NCBI GenBank assembly: GCA_009914755.4
Contig: CP068257.2
Coordinates: 27,520,001-27,584,000, forward strand
DNA length: 64,000 nt
Reading direction: 5' to 3'
Source of the DNA: the human T2T-CHM13v2.0 reference genome, Homo sapiens
Shown here: positions 14,615-27,818 of the stretch, piece by piece
Position numbering within the stretch: position 1 is the stretch's first letter
Layout: every line of letters starts with the position of its first letter
Position numbers and translations under genes: made by a program
The notes under the pieces: generated by a model
Told to the model about the DNA's origin: nothing
Database searches by the model: none
The model's input: only the letters and a program-made list of their open reading frames with translations

Positions 14615-17253
14615 AGAGAAGGACCAATTTTATCCCTTTTATTTGCATCCCTTCAGGGTATGACTTTCTTTGCAAAAGGATTCCACAGCAGGGTAACACT
14701 GAAAACCAAACCTCACTTTTATATACCTAAGATATTTTTCTTAAATATTTACTTAGCCTCTAGAAATTACATTTTCATTAACATAAATACACAGTAAATG
14801 GAGACATTTCTCCACAAGTGTTTGCAGGATATATAGTAATGTGGGGAAAAGTTCTATCTTCTCTTTCCTATGATGTCTGATATGAGTAAGATGCCTTCTG
14901 GGTAAGATATGAGATTTGAGTTCATTTTCCAGCTGTGGAGATGCACTTCCCAAGACTGACTTGGCTAGCAAGAATAGAAGACGGTGCCTGGCTTGTAACA
15001 GACTTTCAATAAATACTTGCTGAGCAAATGAGTAGAAGAGCAAAGGCCTGCCTCAGTTCTTTACTTTGTTTATGGAGACAGAGATGTAGCCAAAGGTATT
15101 CTTTCATTTTAGTACTTAGGTTTTTGTGAAATTTCAGTATCCCAGATGCCATCAGGCTGTGAGTTTAAGCTGTTAATGCCCCAATCACAATGATTTGGGT
15201 ATTTTACACCACATAATTAGGTGCAGCCCAGTCATTTAATGGGAATTTCATTCCCAAGTATTTCTACACCTAATTGTCTGCCCGAAACTATATTAAATTT
15301 ATGCCTAGTGTTCCATTATTGGAACACTAAATGTGGGAGTTATTTATATCCTACTGCTCAAGGTCATTGCCAAGATCTGATTTTTCAAATTCAAAAAATT
15401 GCAACCTCAGGCATTAAGTGGGTTAAAAGGGACAGCATATTTACTCTTCTCAGTGAGAGCTCTTTTAAGTAGGTTTCCCTTGCTGAGGAAAGAGGCTCAA
15501 ATCCAATCTCTGGGGTAGCAGAGTGAAGAAACCTTTTGCTGTTCACTTTCTTCCTGTCCCAGGATTAATTCTTGTCAGGTTGATTGATAGTGGGAATCTC
15601 CACTTCCTTTAGGTGGTGGTTCTTAACCAGGAAATTCTCCACACCTGCCCCACCCTACATTGGCAATACTTAAGAGACATTTTTGGTTGGTGAGTGTAGG
15701 TTTGCTATTGACATCTAGTGAGTGAGGCCAAGGTTGCTGCTAGACTTCCTACAACGCCAATGTATAGACAGTGCCCAACGACAAAGAATTGCCTGGCCCA
15801 CAATGTCAGTTGTACCAAGGATGAGAAATCCTGCTTTGGAGCAAGTCTGACTTCCTCCTGCACGGGTGCAGTGTTGCCCTTTGCTTCCCAATAGATATTA
15901 GTACATTTCTTCATGCATTAAGCATTTGTACAGCTTCAACAACATAGTCTAGACTGAGCATTGGAAATCTCAGTTCAGTATCATTTATTATTCCTCCACC
16001 TGGATAAAATGAAGGTAGACTTTGACATCCTTTCTGTCATCTTGAGGCATTGACTCCTTCTGTCCTGCGTATGAATGCTTTTACTCAGACATAAGTCTCT
16101 CAAGATCCACCAACAATACAGTCTAAATCCCTATTTAAAAGTAAAATTCTCCCTATGATAAAGGTATTTTATTATATTATTTCCCCAAATTCTTTAGCTC
16201 ACTGGGGCCAAACTGTCTAGAATTTTGCCTTTCCCAAATAAAAGTCCCTAGTTAACTTTGAAAGGGCCAAGATCCCTTGTAGTGGTCTCCTCAGCACAGA
16301 GAAATATTTATTCCAGTGATGGATCCATGTCTCAAACTCCTGCAATGTAAAGAATCTCCTTAATTTTGGAATTAATTTCCATAAAGTTTGAAAGTTTTCT
16401 TAACCAATTGACTTGGACTTTCCCTTCCCCTATTTGTTTAGTAACTAAAAACCTTTCCAGGCATGTGGCTTAGGATGGAGGCAACAGATGAGCTATGGTG
16501 GACTCCAAAGTTATGACCTTTTAGGCTATTGAATGGCGTCATGTGGAAAGCTATGTTACAGATTCATGACTGCAGAAATAAGATCTCTCTAACTGTGGTC
16601 TTCTACCCCCATATTACATTACACTGAAGGAAACGATACAAATAGAACCAATAAATCAAAGGCAGAACCACATTCTAGCCTATAATACATATTGATTTGT
16701 TCTTCAGATCATCTATTTATAAGATTGTTTTTGTAGCTTGATGTGCCAAGGTTTAACTATGAATTGCTAATGGATGAGCATAAATATGTCTATATAAATA
16801 GGTCCTGGACAGGAAACAATAGACATTTTGACAGTTTTCATTGGATGTCTGTATAATTACTTATCAAATACATGACACTAATTTAGAAACATATCCGCTG
16901 AGTCTTCTGGGTTCCAGTAAAGAATAAATTATTATTGACTTTCTCCAATGCAAGATCAGACTAGATAATTTAGACTATTCTTTCAAATTGTAAAAATCTA
17001 TGATTTTGTGATTTTTTATCTCTGACAATCAAAATTAATGACAGATAGCTTCAGGAGTTTTACATGAGGTTAGATATGGAGCCAGGGAAATAGCCATTGT
17101 TATCCCCATTACCACCACCTCCCAGACTGTGATTTGAAAGTAAAGTCCACCTAAATCATTTATATGACACAAGTAATTTGAAGAGAAAAATAGAACAGGA
17201 ATAGATGATCTGTTTGATGCATAGGGGATTTAAAGCATGTCTCTCTCTTTCTC

Positions 17254-17552
17254 TTTTTTTTTCTTTTTTTTTGGAATGGAGTCTCACTCTGTCGCCCAGG
17301 CAGGAGTGCAGTGATGTGATCTCGGCTCACTGCAGCTCCACCTCCCAGGTTCCAGCGATTCTCCTGCCTCAGCCTCCCGAGTAGCTGGGATTACAGGCAC
17401 ACACCACCATGCCTCGCTAATTTTTGTATTTTCGGTAGATACAGGGTTTCACCATGTTGGCCAGGCTGGTCTCAAACTCCTGACCTCAAGTGATCTGCCC
17501 GCCTCGGCCTCTCAAAGTGCTGGAATTACAGGTGTGAGCCTCTGTGCCTGCC
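17254..17552 (-). mobile_element. Alu SINE (reverse)
   Basis: ttttttttggaatggagtctcactctgtcgcccaggcaggagtgcagtgatgtgatctcggctcactgcagc... Confidence 0.9.
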
Positions 17553-18150
17553 TCTTTTTTTTTTTTTTTTAATTTATATAGGCTTTACTCATTAATGTTT
17601 AAAAATAATTACATGAGGAATTTTACTAATTAATATTTAATTATTGACATTTACTACCTAAGCTATGCTTAGGGACACAAAACTCTAAACATTTAATCAG
17701 AAGATAGGCTTGATTTCTGGCTCACTCTTATTAGCTATGTGACTTTTTCCTTTAAATGGAGCACTTTCAGTTTCTATTTCCTCATTTTTAAAACATAAAT
17801 TACTGTATCTCTGAGCTACCTTTTTCTTCAATTATTTATTCAGTAAGTATTTATTGTGAGCCTATTCTATTCTAAACAGCATGGAAGATCCAAAAATCAG
17901 TAACAGCCCAAAGGAACTTTGTTTATATGCGTATCAGTGATGTACCTTATCTTCCAGTTTTGGACACTTTCTAACGTCTGGTTTTGCTCAGTGGACACCA
18001 AAGTGGGTATCCAAGGCAGGCCATTGGGTGCAGGAAGAAAATACTAGAACTTTTATCCTTATTTACTCCTTGTCTTTTTTTCAGGATAACTGCATTTTGA
18101 TAGTTTCAAACTTAGAGAAAAATTGCAAAAGTAGTATAGAGAACTCCCAA

Positions 18151-18504
<354 letters not shown>

Positions 18505-18544
18505 TTATTCTTCCTCCCACGACAGTACTGGGGTTTTCTTTCTC

Positions 18545-18635
18545 TCATACACACACATATACATATATACATATGTGTATGTATATATGTGTGTAAATAC
18601 ATGTATGTATACGTATGCATATATGTGTCATCATG
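18545..18635. repeat. Compound (TA/TG/CA)n dinucleotide microsatellite
   Basis: cacacacatatacatatatacatatgtgtatgtatatatgtgtgtaaatacatgtatgtatacgtatgcatatatgtgtc. Confidence 0.7.
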
Positions 18636-20301
18636 CTCCACATTGCCCTAAACACTTCAGTAAGTATAGTCTAAAACAATAACATTCTCTCATTTAACCA
18701 TGGTATAATAATTAAAATCAAGAAATTTAGCATTGATATATTATTATTATTTAATTCACAGTCCATATTCAAATTGCATCAATTTCCCAATAATGTTCTT
18801 CAAAACTATTTTTTTTTCAGTTCAGAATAGCACATTGCCTGTGTTGTCATTTTCTTTTTTTTTTTTTTTTTTTTTGGTTTCTTTAAATACGGAGGAGTTC
18901 TTAACATTTTTAAAGATACAGGTTAACAATTTTGTAGAATTTCCCTGAATTTGATTTGGTCTGTATGATTAGATATAGAGTGTACATTTTTGGCAGGAAT
19001 ACCACAGAAATGATGTGTGTTTCACAGTGCATGTGATGTCTATTTATCTCATGACTAGCAGTGTCAACTTTGGTCATTTGGTGAAAGTGGCCTTCCAGTT
19101 TTCATCACACATTTCCCTTTTCAATTAAGTAATTTGTAGGAGACACTGAGGTTATGTAAATATTTTGTTCCTTATCAGACTTTCACCCCCCAGGTTTAGC
19201 ATCCGGTCTTATCCTGTTACATATCCATATTTGGGTATGCTTTATAATGTATGTAATATATTGGCAGGTATATAATTTATGAATGAATATGCAGACATAC
19301 GTAGAAGTAGTTTGGGTTTGTGTTCAATTTTTTTTAACCAATAGTATTATATAATAAAACATGTTTGGAGACCTAATTGAATGAGATGGTCAGGCTGTTT
19401 TCTAGCTCTGGATTATTGAAACATTACAGGTTGTGTTTTGATGAGCAACCCCCCCCTCCCCCCGCCCCTTGTTCCCAGTGGCCACAGGCTTATTTCCAAT
19501 ATAAACTTGAATATTATTGCTTTTCAGGAATATATGTATTTTCCTTTCTTCTTTTCATATTATGTAGTGTCAGATCAGTATCTGATCAGTGGAAGAAGGA
19601 AGAGGAGAGGCTTTTAGAAATGTAGCCAACTGTAGTGATGAAAGAATGTAAGGAAGATAGTATTTGCATGTATTTTATGCTAAAGCAATGTTATTACTAC
19701 TTTAAAACAGGGGTTCAAAACTGTTTCCTAGGAACACAACTGTAAAACATCAGGAGCTTTTCAGGGTAGGGGGAACCTAGGAGGAGAAGCCTTGGGACTG
19801 AGACTGGTGGCAGTGTGTCCTAAGCTTTGGTCATTTGGGTACAACTTCTGTGAATGATCATGAAGTAAGTTCCAGATACTTCCACATCTACATTATTATT
19901 GACTCAAACTTTTTTTGTAAGTCATCTTTATGTAGATCTTCTTTTAATTAGCCTCCTTTTAGGGCACAAGATCTTTGAAATCATATGTTAGATGCGTTGG
20001 TTTATATTTAAAAATACACATTAATTTAATTCAAAAGTCTAATGAAGCTTTCAGTACAACCTACAATCATCTAATGCTAACACCAGCAGTACAAAGCCTT
20101 CCCTTTGGAAAGCTCATCTAGAAAACTATGTATCTGAAGGTCATTTACCAACTGTTTTTTGCCCTACAGAGGAGGAAGAAATGTAAGGCAAAGGAGAATT
20201 CAGTTAGATTTTGTCTAGGTTAGGATTACCTGACCTCCATGATGGAGACAGACCTGGTATCCTTTGGGTTATCATGTTTATTAAATCTACACATGGACTG
20301 A

Positions 20302-20625
<324 letters not shown>

Positions 20626-21325
20626 TAATGTGTATTTAAATCAATGAATTATTTACAACTATTAACTAAGAACTAAGTTTCTTTAAAGTGTTTTCATTAC
20701 AATTTTCCTACAGTAGCTTCAGCCTGCTTCCTCAATTCTGGAGTCACGTCAGCATCAAATGTGGACACAGTTTTGTTAATTTGGGCTGCAATATATATGT
20801 AAGGATTAGGGAAAGACATAGGAGGTAATATCTACAAGGACAGAGTTGGGATTCTGTAGTTCAAAGAAGTCTATTGGAGATTTGTTCAACTCAGATGTAG
20901 GAAACAAAGGAAGATAACAACTGAATTTGGGGGACAAAGACTCAGCCAAGAGAAAACTATAGTTGTCCTCTCTACAAGACAATAGGCAGCATCTTAAATT
21001 ATGAAAAATTTTACACAGATATTTTTCTAAATTATTTTTACAATTTTCTGTATTTTTAAAATGATCATGTTTTTGACTACTAAAGAACCTATGGGACTTT
21101 TGGTGTATGGTTAGTATTTTGGAAGTGTCTAGTCGAGGTGCTAGAATAAAGGTATATAAAATTTGCAAAGCTGGACAAATAAAAGTCATTGGAGGCAAGT
21201 AGAGATGGGAAAAAATTCAGAACAGCAGAATGAATCATTCTACTTCCATCATGCTATTACTGAATAATTTAATTTGCTTGCATTGAATTCTGTGCTTCTT
21301 CCTGCCCTTTACCCCGAATCTTCAG

Positions 21326-21506
21326 GAAGGAGCTCATTGCCAAGTTAGATCAGGCAGAAAAGGAGAAGGTGGATGCTGCTGAGCTGGTTCGGGAATTCGA
21401 GGCTCTGACGGAGGAGAATCGGACGTTGAGGTTGGCCCAGTCTCAATGTGTGGAACAACTGGAGAAACTTCGAATACAGTATCAGAAGAGGCAGGGCTCG
21501 TCCTAA
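21326..21506 (+). CDS. Terminal coding exon of a leucine-zipper/coiled-coil protein (KELIAKLDQAEKEKVDAAELVREFEALTEENRTLRLAQSQCVEQLEKLRIQYQKRQGSS*), stop TAA 21504-21506
   Basis: Acceptor cttcctgccctttaccccgaatcttcag|G (AG 21324-21325); first base completes the AA carried from exon 6559-6674 (AA+G = Lys); 60 codons open to TAA; strong heptad Leu/Ile pattern. Confidence 0.7.
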
Positions 21507-22160
21507 CTTTAAATTTTTCAGTGTGAGCATACGAGGCTGATGACTGCCCTGTGCTGGCCAAAAGATTTTTATTTTAAATGAATAGTGAGTCAGATCTATT
21601 GCTTCTCTGTATTACCCACATGACAACTGTCTATAATGAGTTTACTGCTTGCCAGCTTCTAGCTTGAGAGAAGGGATATTTTAAATGAGATCATTAACGT
21701 GAAACTATTACTAGTATATGTTTTTGGAGATCAGAATTCTTTTCCAAAGATATATGTTTTTTTCTTTTTTAGGAAGATATGATCATGCTGTACAACAGGG
21801 TAGAAAATGATAAAAATAGACTATTGACTGACCCAGCTAAGAATCGTGGGCTGAGCAGAGTTAAACCATGGGACAAACCCATAACATGTTCACCATAGTT
21901 TCACGTATGTGTATTTTTAAATTTCATGCCTTTAATATTTCAAATATGCTCAAATTTAAACTGTCAGAAACTTCTCTGCATGTATTTATATTTGCCAGAG
22001 TATAAACTTTTATACTCTGATTTTTATCCTTCAATGATTGATTATACTAAGAATAAATGGTCACATATCCTAAAAGCTTCTTCATGAAATTATTAGCAGA
22101 AACCATGTTTGTAACCAAAGCACATTTGCCAATGCTAACTGGCTGTTGTAATAATAAACA
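21507..22160 (+). other. Putative 3' UTR of the same gene with AATAAA signals at 22052-22057 and 22154-22159
   Basis: Non-repetitive sequence following the stop codon; canonical AATAAA hexamers (gaataaatgg; taataaacag); the actual cleavage site cannot be determined from sequence. Confidence 0.35.
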
Positions 22161-22629
22161 GATAAGGCTGCATTTGCTTCATGCCATGTGACCTCACAGT
22201 AAACATCTCTGCCTTTGCCTGTGTGTGTTCTGGGGGAGGGGGGACATGGAAAAATATTGTTTGGACATTACTTGGGTGAGTGCCCATGAAAACATCAGTG
22301 AACTTGTAACTATTGTTTTGTTTTGGATTTAAGGAGATGTTTTAGATCAGTAACAGCTAATAGGAATATGCGAGTAAATTCAGAATTGAAACAATTTCTC
22401 CTTGTTCTACCTATCACCACATTTTCTCAAATTGAACTCTTTGTTATATGTCCATTTCTATTCATGTAACTTCTTTTTCATTAAACATGGATCAAAACTG
22501 ACAGTTTCTAGTTTGCTCCTTTCTTAACCTCCTTTGTGCTAGATGTTGCGATGACCTAGCCCTAGTCGGAAACTGATTCTTAGCTGTATTTGCATGTGCC
22601 AAAAAAAAAGAAGTGAAGTCCCCTTTCTT

Positions 22630-22697
22630 TCTTTCTTTTTCTCTTTCTTTCTTCCTTCTTTTCTTTCTTTCCCTTTCTTTCTTTCTTTCCCTTTCTT

Positions 22698-22767
<70 letters not shown>

Positions 22768-22789
22768 TCTTTCTTTCTTTTTTTCTTTC
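22630..22789. repeat. (CTTT)n/(CT)n compound microsatellite derived from an Alu poly-A tail
   Basis: ctttctttctttttctctttctttcttcc...ctctctctctctctctct...; lies inside the TSD pair (tgaagtccc[c/a]tttctt at 22614-22629 and 23085-23100) of the adjacent reverse Alu. Confidence 0.85.
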
Positions 22790-23144
<355 letters not shown>

Positions 23145-25879
23145 TGAATGTGATGCATTTGTATCTTGAGATATTTGCCCCAAAAACAGAAAAAAAGGAA
23201 TAATTCATTAAAACAAGATGACCTCAGATAAATGAGTGGTTTTCAAATGGGCGTGATTTTGCTCCCAGGGGACCTTTGACAATGTCTGGAAATAGTTTTT
23301 GTTGCCACAGCTAGCATGAGGGAGTCCTACTTGTATCTAGAGGACTGAGTCCAGGATACTGCTAACCATCCTGCCCAGAACAGTGCCTGCAACAGAGTTG
23401 TCCACCTCAGTGTGACAATAGCACTGAGATTGATGTGCCCTGGGATAGACAAGTCTCTGGACAGTTTGGGCAAATGTGAAGGGAGGCATGGTGCAGGGCC
23501 ACAGGTTTTTTTGCCACGTGATGCAAAAGAGCATAAGAGCTGGGAGGCCCTTATGCATGTTGATCTTCAATTTCCTCATTTGTGAAATGAAGCTTTTTGA
23601 TAGACCTCAAAGTTTTCATGTTATGTGAGCCTATTCACCCTTAAGCTGCTTTAACATTTGACTGAAGGTGAAAGTCTCTACTGTTCTGGAAGAACCTTCT
23701 GTTTCAGTAACCCACCTCCTCTTTTTAGTATAAGGCTAATAAACACCAGTATAAAGGAGGAATTGTTCACTAAGTTAATACAAATACAAAGTTAGCAGAA
23801 TGGGAGGAAGAAAGGTAAGTTACTCATCTTTAAATATAAAGATTAGTTTTTGGACACTGCTCATCTGAGACAGTTGCATATATTTACAAAATTCAAGCAG
23901 TCACAGTCCCTTCTAGAAAATGGGAAGCCGGGAAATACGGTTCCAAAATCTCTTTGCTTTACCAGAATGAAAATAATTTAACAAAGTAAAAGTATTTGAA
24001 CACAACTATTATTACATTAAGGAGTCACTGATGGTTTTCTTATCTTTGCTGGTGTTAGCTTGACTTTTTACTATTTCCAAAAGTTATATATTTGTGACTC
24101 AAAAGCAAGCATTTCCCTAGGTGTATATGTTGTAAGAAGATTTTTGTTAATTAGAACATGAAAATATTATCTACTTTTATAGCATGTCAGAGAAATCTTA
24201 TGTGAGAAGGTGGAATTTCTTATATTATCTGTCTCTTTTTTTTCAATAATTTGACAAATTTCCACCAATCTTATTTACCACTGCATATTATCTATATAAT
24301 GACCATTTAAGAATTTTCTATCTTCAAATATATTTGCAATATTCTTGCTATTAGCAATAATGACAATATTATAGAGCATAAAAACGAGCACAGAAGTATT
24401 ATGGTGTTATTAGTACTATAGCATTAGGGTGAGGGTGCTTGCTTTAGAGATAGAATTAAAATAAAATGTAACTCACATTATATTCTGTAATTGCTCTACT
24501 AAAGAATTTGTCATTTATGGGCCATTTATTTTGTGTAGACATGAAAAGAATGTGGTTACACCTAGCTAGAAAATGTATAACCTTTGATATGGGCAGGGCA
24601 TGTTTCTCTTTCTCATCCTGGTACCTGAGTTTGAGTGTATGATTAACTCAGTGCAAGTAAGGAGCTAAATAAAAGAGATCTGGAACTGAAATTCAATTCA
24701 ACAAAAATTTATTATACACTTAGCTGGTGCAGGGCCGAGCAACAGCAATAGAAGATGCAAAAATGACAAAGATAATGTGGTCCTAGCACATTTAGGGATG
24801 GATTGCACTAGATTGCCCTAGAGAATAGAGGCACAGGGAACTGATACAAGGCTAATAGAAAAGCATGTGCAAGGCAAGTCTAAGAGCAGCAGCATTTGAA
24901 AGAGAGTAACAGACTAAGAGGGATGGGAAAGACATAATGGGAGGTAGACTCCACAGGGCTTCAGATGGATTGCATGTGTGATTGAGGCAAGGAAGAGGAA
25001 GAGAAAGAACATTTAATGACCTCCTTCAGTGCCAGACTATACTAGGTGCTTTGTATAGGCTGTATTATTTTAAACACCTGAGAGACAGCTGTGATTGTCC
25101 CTTTTCTCCAATGTTGTATAATTTGTAGAAAGTTCTCAGAGCTGGGATTCAAGTGCAAAGTTTCATTCACTCATTAATTCATATAGTCAATATTTATTGA
25201 ATGTCCACGCTCTGCCAGGCATCCTGGAAGATACCAGGGACACAAAAGTGAACACTAGAAACAAGGGTTCTATTGGGTTCTCAAGGAACCCTTAGTCTAG
25301 TAAGGGAGGTAGATATTTATCTAAATACCCAAATGGGATAGTTTTAAAACATATCAAAAAATTTCCATAAGAGGTAGAGCCTAATTTCTCTCCCATTTAG
25401 TGTGGGTTGGACTTAAAGACATATTTTTAACAAATAGAGTCAAGCAGCAGTGACAACATCTGACTTCTAAGTCTAGGTCATGAAAGACATTGGAGCTTCC
25501 TTCCCACCTGCTGTCTCTTGGATCACTTGCCCTGGGGTGAGCCAGCTGCCACGGAGAAGCCCACAGGTAAGGAACTGACACCTTCGGCCAACAGCCACGT
25601 AAGTGAACTTGGAAGCAGATCTGCCAGCTCCAGGCAAGACTTCAAACGCTGCAGTCTGGCTGACATCTTGAGTGCAGCCTCATGAAAGTCTCTGAGTCAG
25701 AACCACCCAGCTGAACTGCCCCTGGTTCCCGATTCTCAGGAACTTTGAGGCAATAATACTGGTTTTAAGCTGCTAAGTTTGGGGTGATTTGTTTTGCAGC
25801 AATAAGTAATGAAGATAACCACAAAAATGAGATAAGTGACAAAATGTAGTTGATGAATGCACCTTAAAAACAGAATCTT

Positions 25880-26168
25880 GCCGGGTGCGGTGGCTCACGC
25901 CTGTAATCCCAGCAGTTTGGGAGGCTGAGGCAGGTGGATCACCTGAGGTCAGGAGTTCAAGACCAGCCTGGCCAACATGGTGAAACCCTGTCTTTACTAA
26001 ATATACAAAAATTAGCCGGGCGTGGTGGTGGGCACCTGTAATCCCAGCTACTCGGGAGGCTGAGGCAGGAGAATCGGTTGAATCCGGGAGGCAGAGTTTG
26101 CAGTGAGTTTGCACTCCAGCCTGGGCAACAAGAGTGAAACTTTGTCTCAAACAAACAAACAAACAAAC
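25880..26168 (+). mobile_element. Alu SINE (forward) with (CAAA)n tail
   Basis: ccgggtgcggtggctcacgcctgtaatcccagcagtttgggaggctgagg...tctcaaacaaacaaacaaacaaaca. Confidence 0.9.
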
Positions 26169-26689
26169 ACGGAATCTTACTGAGATAGGGAGTCTGGGAT
26201 GGCTGCTTAGTGTAGTGTCTACTGAGCTAAGATCTAATGGATGAGTAAGAACTAAAGAGGCAAAGAAGGCAGGTGGAGGAAGACAACCTAGACAGAGTGA
26301 AAACACATGCAAAGGCCCTGTGGCATGCTCAAAGACCTGAAGAAAGGCCAGGATGGCTGAGCATGAAGGGGTAGGGAGAATATAGTATTAGGTAGTATAG
26401 TATAAGGTAAGGTTGTAGAATAGGTCAAGAACTTGAAGATCACATTAAGAATGTTGGCCTAAAAGCAAAGATAAGCCATTGGAGAATTTTAAGCATATTA
26501 CAGGGGTAACATTACCTAACTTAAGTTGCTTAGAGTGCTATATAGGGTTATTTATACTATACATATTTAGGTAGACAGATAGTAGAAAGATGATAGGGTT
26601 CTTTAGATGGGGTTGTTATACACATTTTACTTGCGATGTCCTCTGTGGTTGTTATTATTTTGTATTACAAGAAGGGAAACCCCTCAGAT

Positions 26690-27080
26690 TGCACCCTCTC
26701 TCTCTTACTTTCCCAGAGGAAGAGCGGAACAGTTCTCAATGGCAAATGGAAGTTGCAGTGAAGCAGCACCCGGAGCCAGTGTCAGGCTCCCGAGAGAGCG
26801 CTGCACCGCCGCATGTGGTTTCTGGTGCTCTACATGTTCGGAGAAACTTATCTGGTAGTGAGCTATAGAAACAATCCCTGCAAGCGTCGTCTTTATAAGG
26901 TCATTTTAATGACTATTTTTCTCCTCAGGAAATAGGTAAGCCCTCAGCAGTATCAAATAGCCTGGCAGAATAAAAGGCTGATTGAGTCGGCCTCCGCTGT
27001 GACCATTAACATATTTAATTTGGTGACACCAAATAATCCTGCCTTTTATGAAAATGTCTACAATCTGTCTTGTTTTTTAC
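26690..27080. promoter_or_regulatory. Non-repetitive CpG-retaining block with TAAT-type motifs; candidate conserved non-coding element (or unannotated exon)
   Basis: 11 CpGs (agcgga, cccgga, cccgag, agcgct, accgccgca, ttcgga, agcgtcgtc, gtcggcctccgc) in CpG-poor surroundings; motifs gtcattttaatgac, ccattaacatatttaatttgg; no repeat signature; open in two + frames with plausible acceptor/donor (ctctcttactttcccag|AGG..., ATCTG|gtagtgag). Confidence 0.2.
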
Positions 27081-27163
27081 CACTTTAGAGTTGACAAACT
27101 CCATGTTGGAACAGAGTATTCTTAAACAGAACCCTTAAAACCATATTTTTCACCTCTCTGTTT

Positions 27164-27165
<2 letters not shown>

Positions 27166-27219
<54 letters not shown>
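27166..27219. repeat. (TATC)n tetranucleotide microsatellite (about 13 units), replacing the tail of the adjacent reverse Alu
   Basis: tctatctatctatc... directly abutting gagacagggtcttgctctgtcacc (Alu 3' end in reverse). Confidence 0.85.
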
Positions 27220-27491
27220 TGAGACAGGGTCTTGCTCTGTCACCCAGGCTGGAGTGCAGTCGTGTGATCACGGTTCTCTGCAGCCTCGATCTCCTGGGCT
27301 CTAGCTATCCTCCCAAGTAGCTCAGATTACAGGAATGCACCATGAGGCCCAGTTATTTTAAAAAATATTTTGTAGAGATGAGGGTCTCTCTTGTTGGCCC
27401 AGGCTGGTCTTGAACTCCTGGGCTCAAGCAATCCTCCTGCCTTATCCTTCGAAAGTGCTGGAATTACAGGCGTGAGCCACCACACCTGGTC
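27220..27491 (-). mobile_element. Alu SINE (reverse)
   Basis: gagacagggtcttgctctgtcacccaggctggagtgcagtcgtgtgatcac...ggaattacaggcgtgagccaccacacctggtc. Confidence 0.9.
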
Positions 27492-27528
27492 TATTATTAT
27501 TATTTTATTATTATTATTATTTTTAATT
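27492..27528. repeat. (TTA)n microsatellite between tandem Alus
   Basis: tattattattattttattattattattatttttaat. Confidence 0.7.
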
Positions 27529-27818
27529 TGAGATGGAGATGGAGTCTCTCTCTGTTGCCCAGGCTGGATTGCACTGGTGCGTTCTCAGCTCACTGCAACC
27601 TCCCCCTCCCGGGTTCAAGCAATTCTCCTGTCTCAGCCTCCTGAGTAGCTGGGATTACAGACATATACCACCATGCCCAGTTAGTTTTTTGTATTTTTAG
27701 TAGAGACGGGGTTTCTCCATGTTGGTCAGGCTGGTCTCGAACTCCCGACCTCAGGTGATCCGCCTGCCTCGGCCTCCCAAAGTGCTGGGATTACAGGTGT
27801 GAGCCACTGTGCCCAGCC
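27529..27818 (-). mobile_element. Alu SINE (reverse)
   Basis: gagatggagatggagtctctctctgttgcccaggctggattgcactggtgcgttctcagctcactgcaacc...ggattacaggtgtgagccactgtgcccagcc. Confidence 0.9.

Noticed and set aside
25773-26312. 179-aa minus-strand ORF
   Set aside because: It spans the Alu at 25880-26168; its translation contains the classic Alu-derived peptide ([13 protein letters not shown] / [14 protein letters not shown] motifs). It is an artefact.
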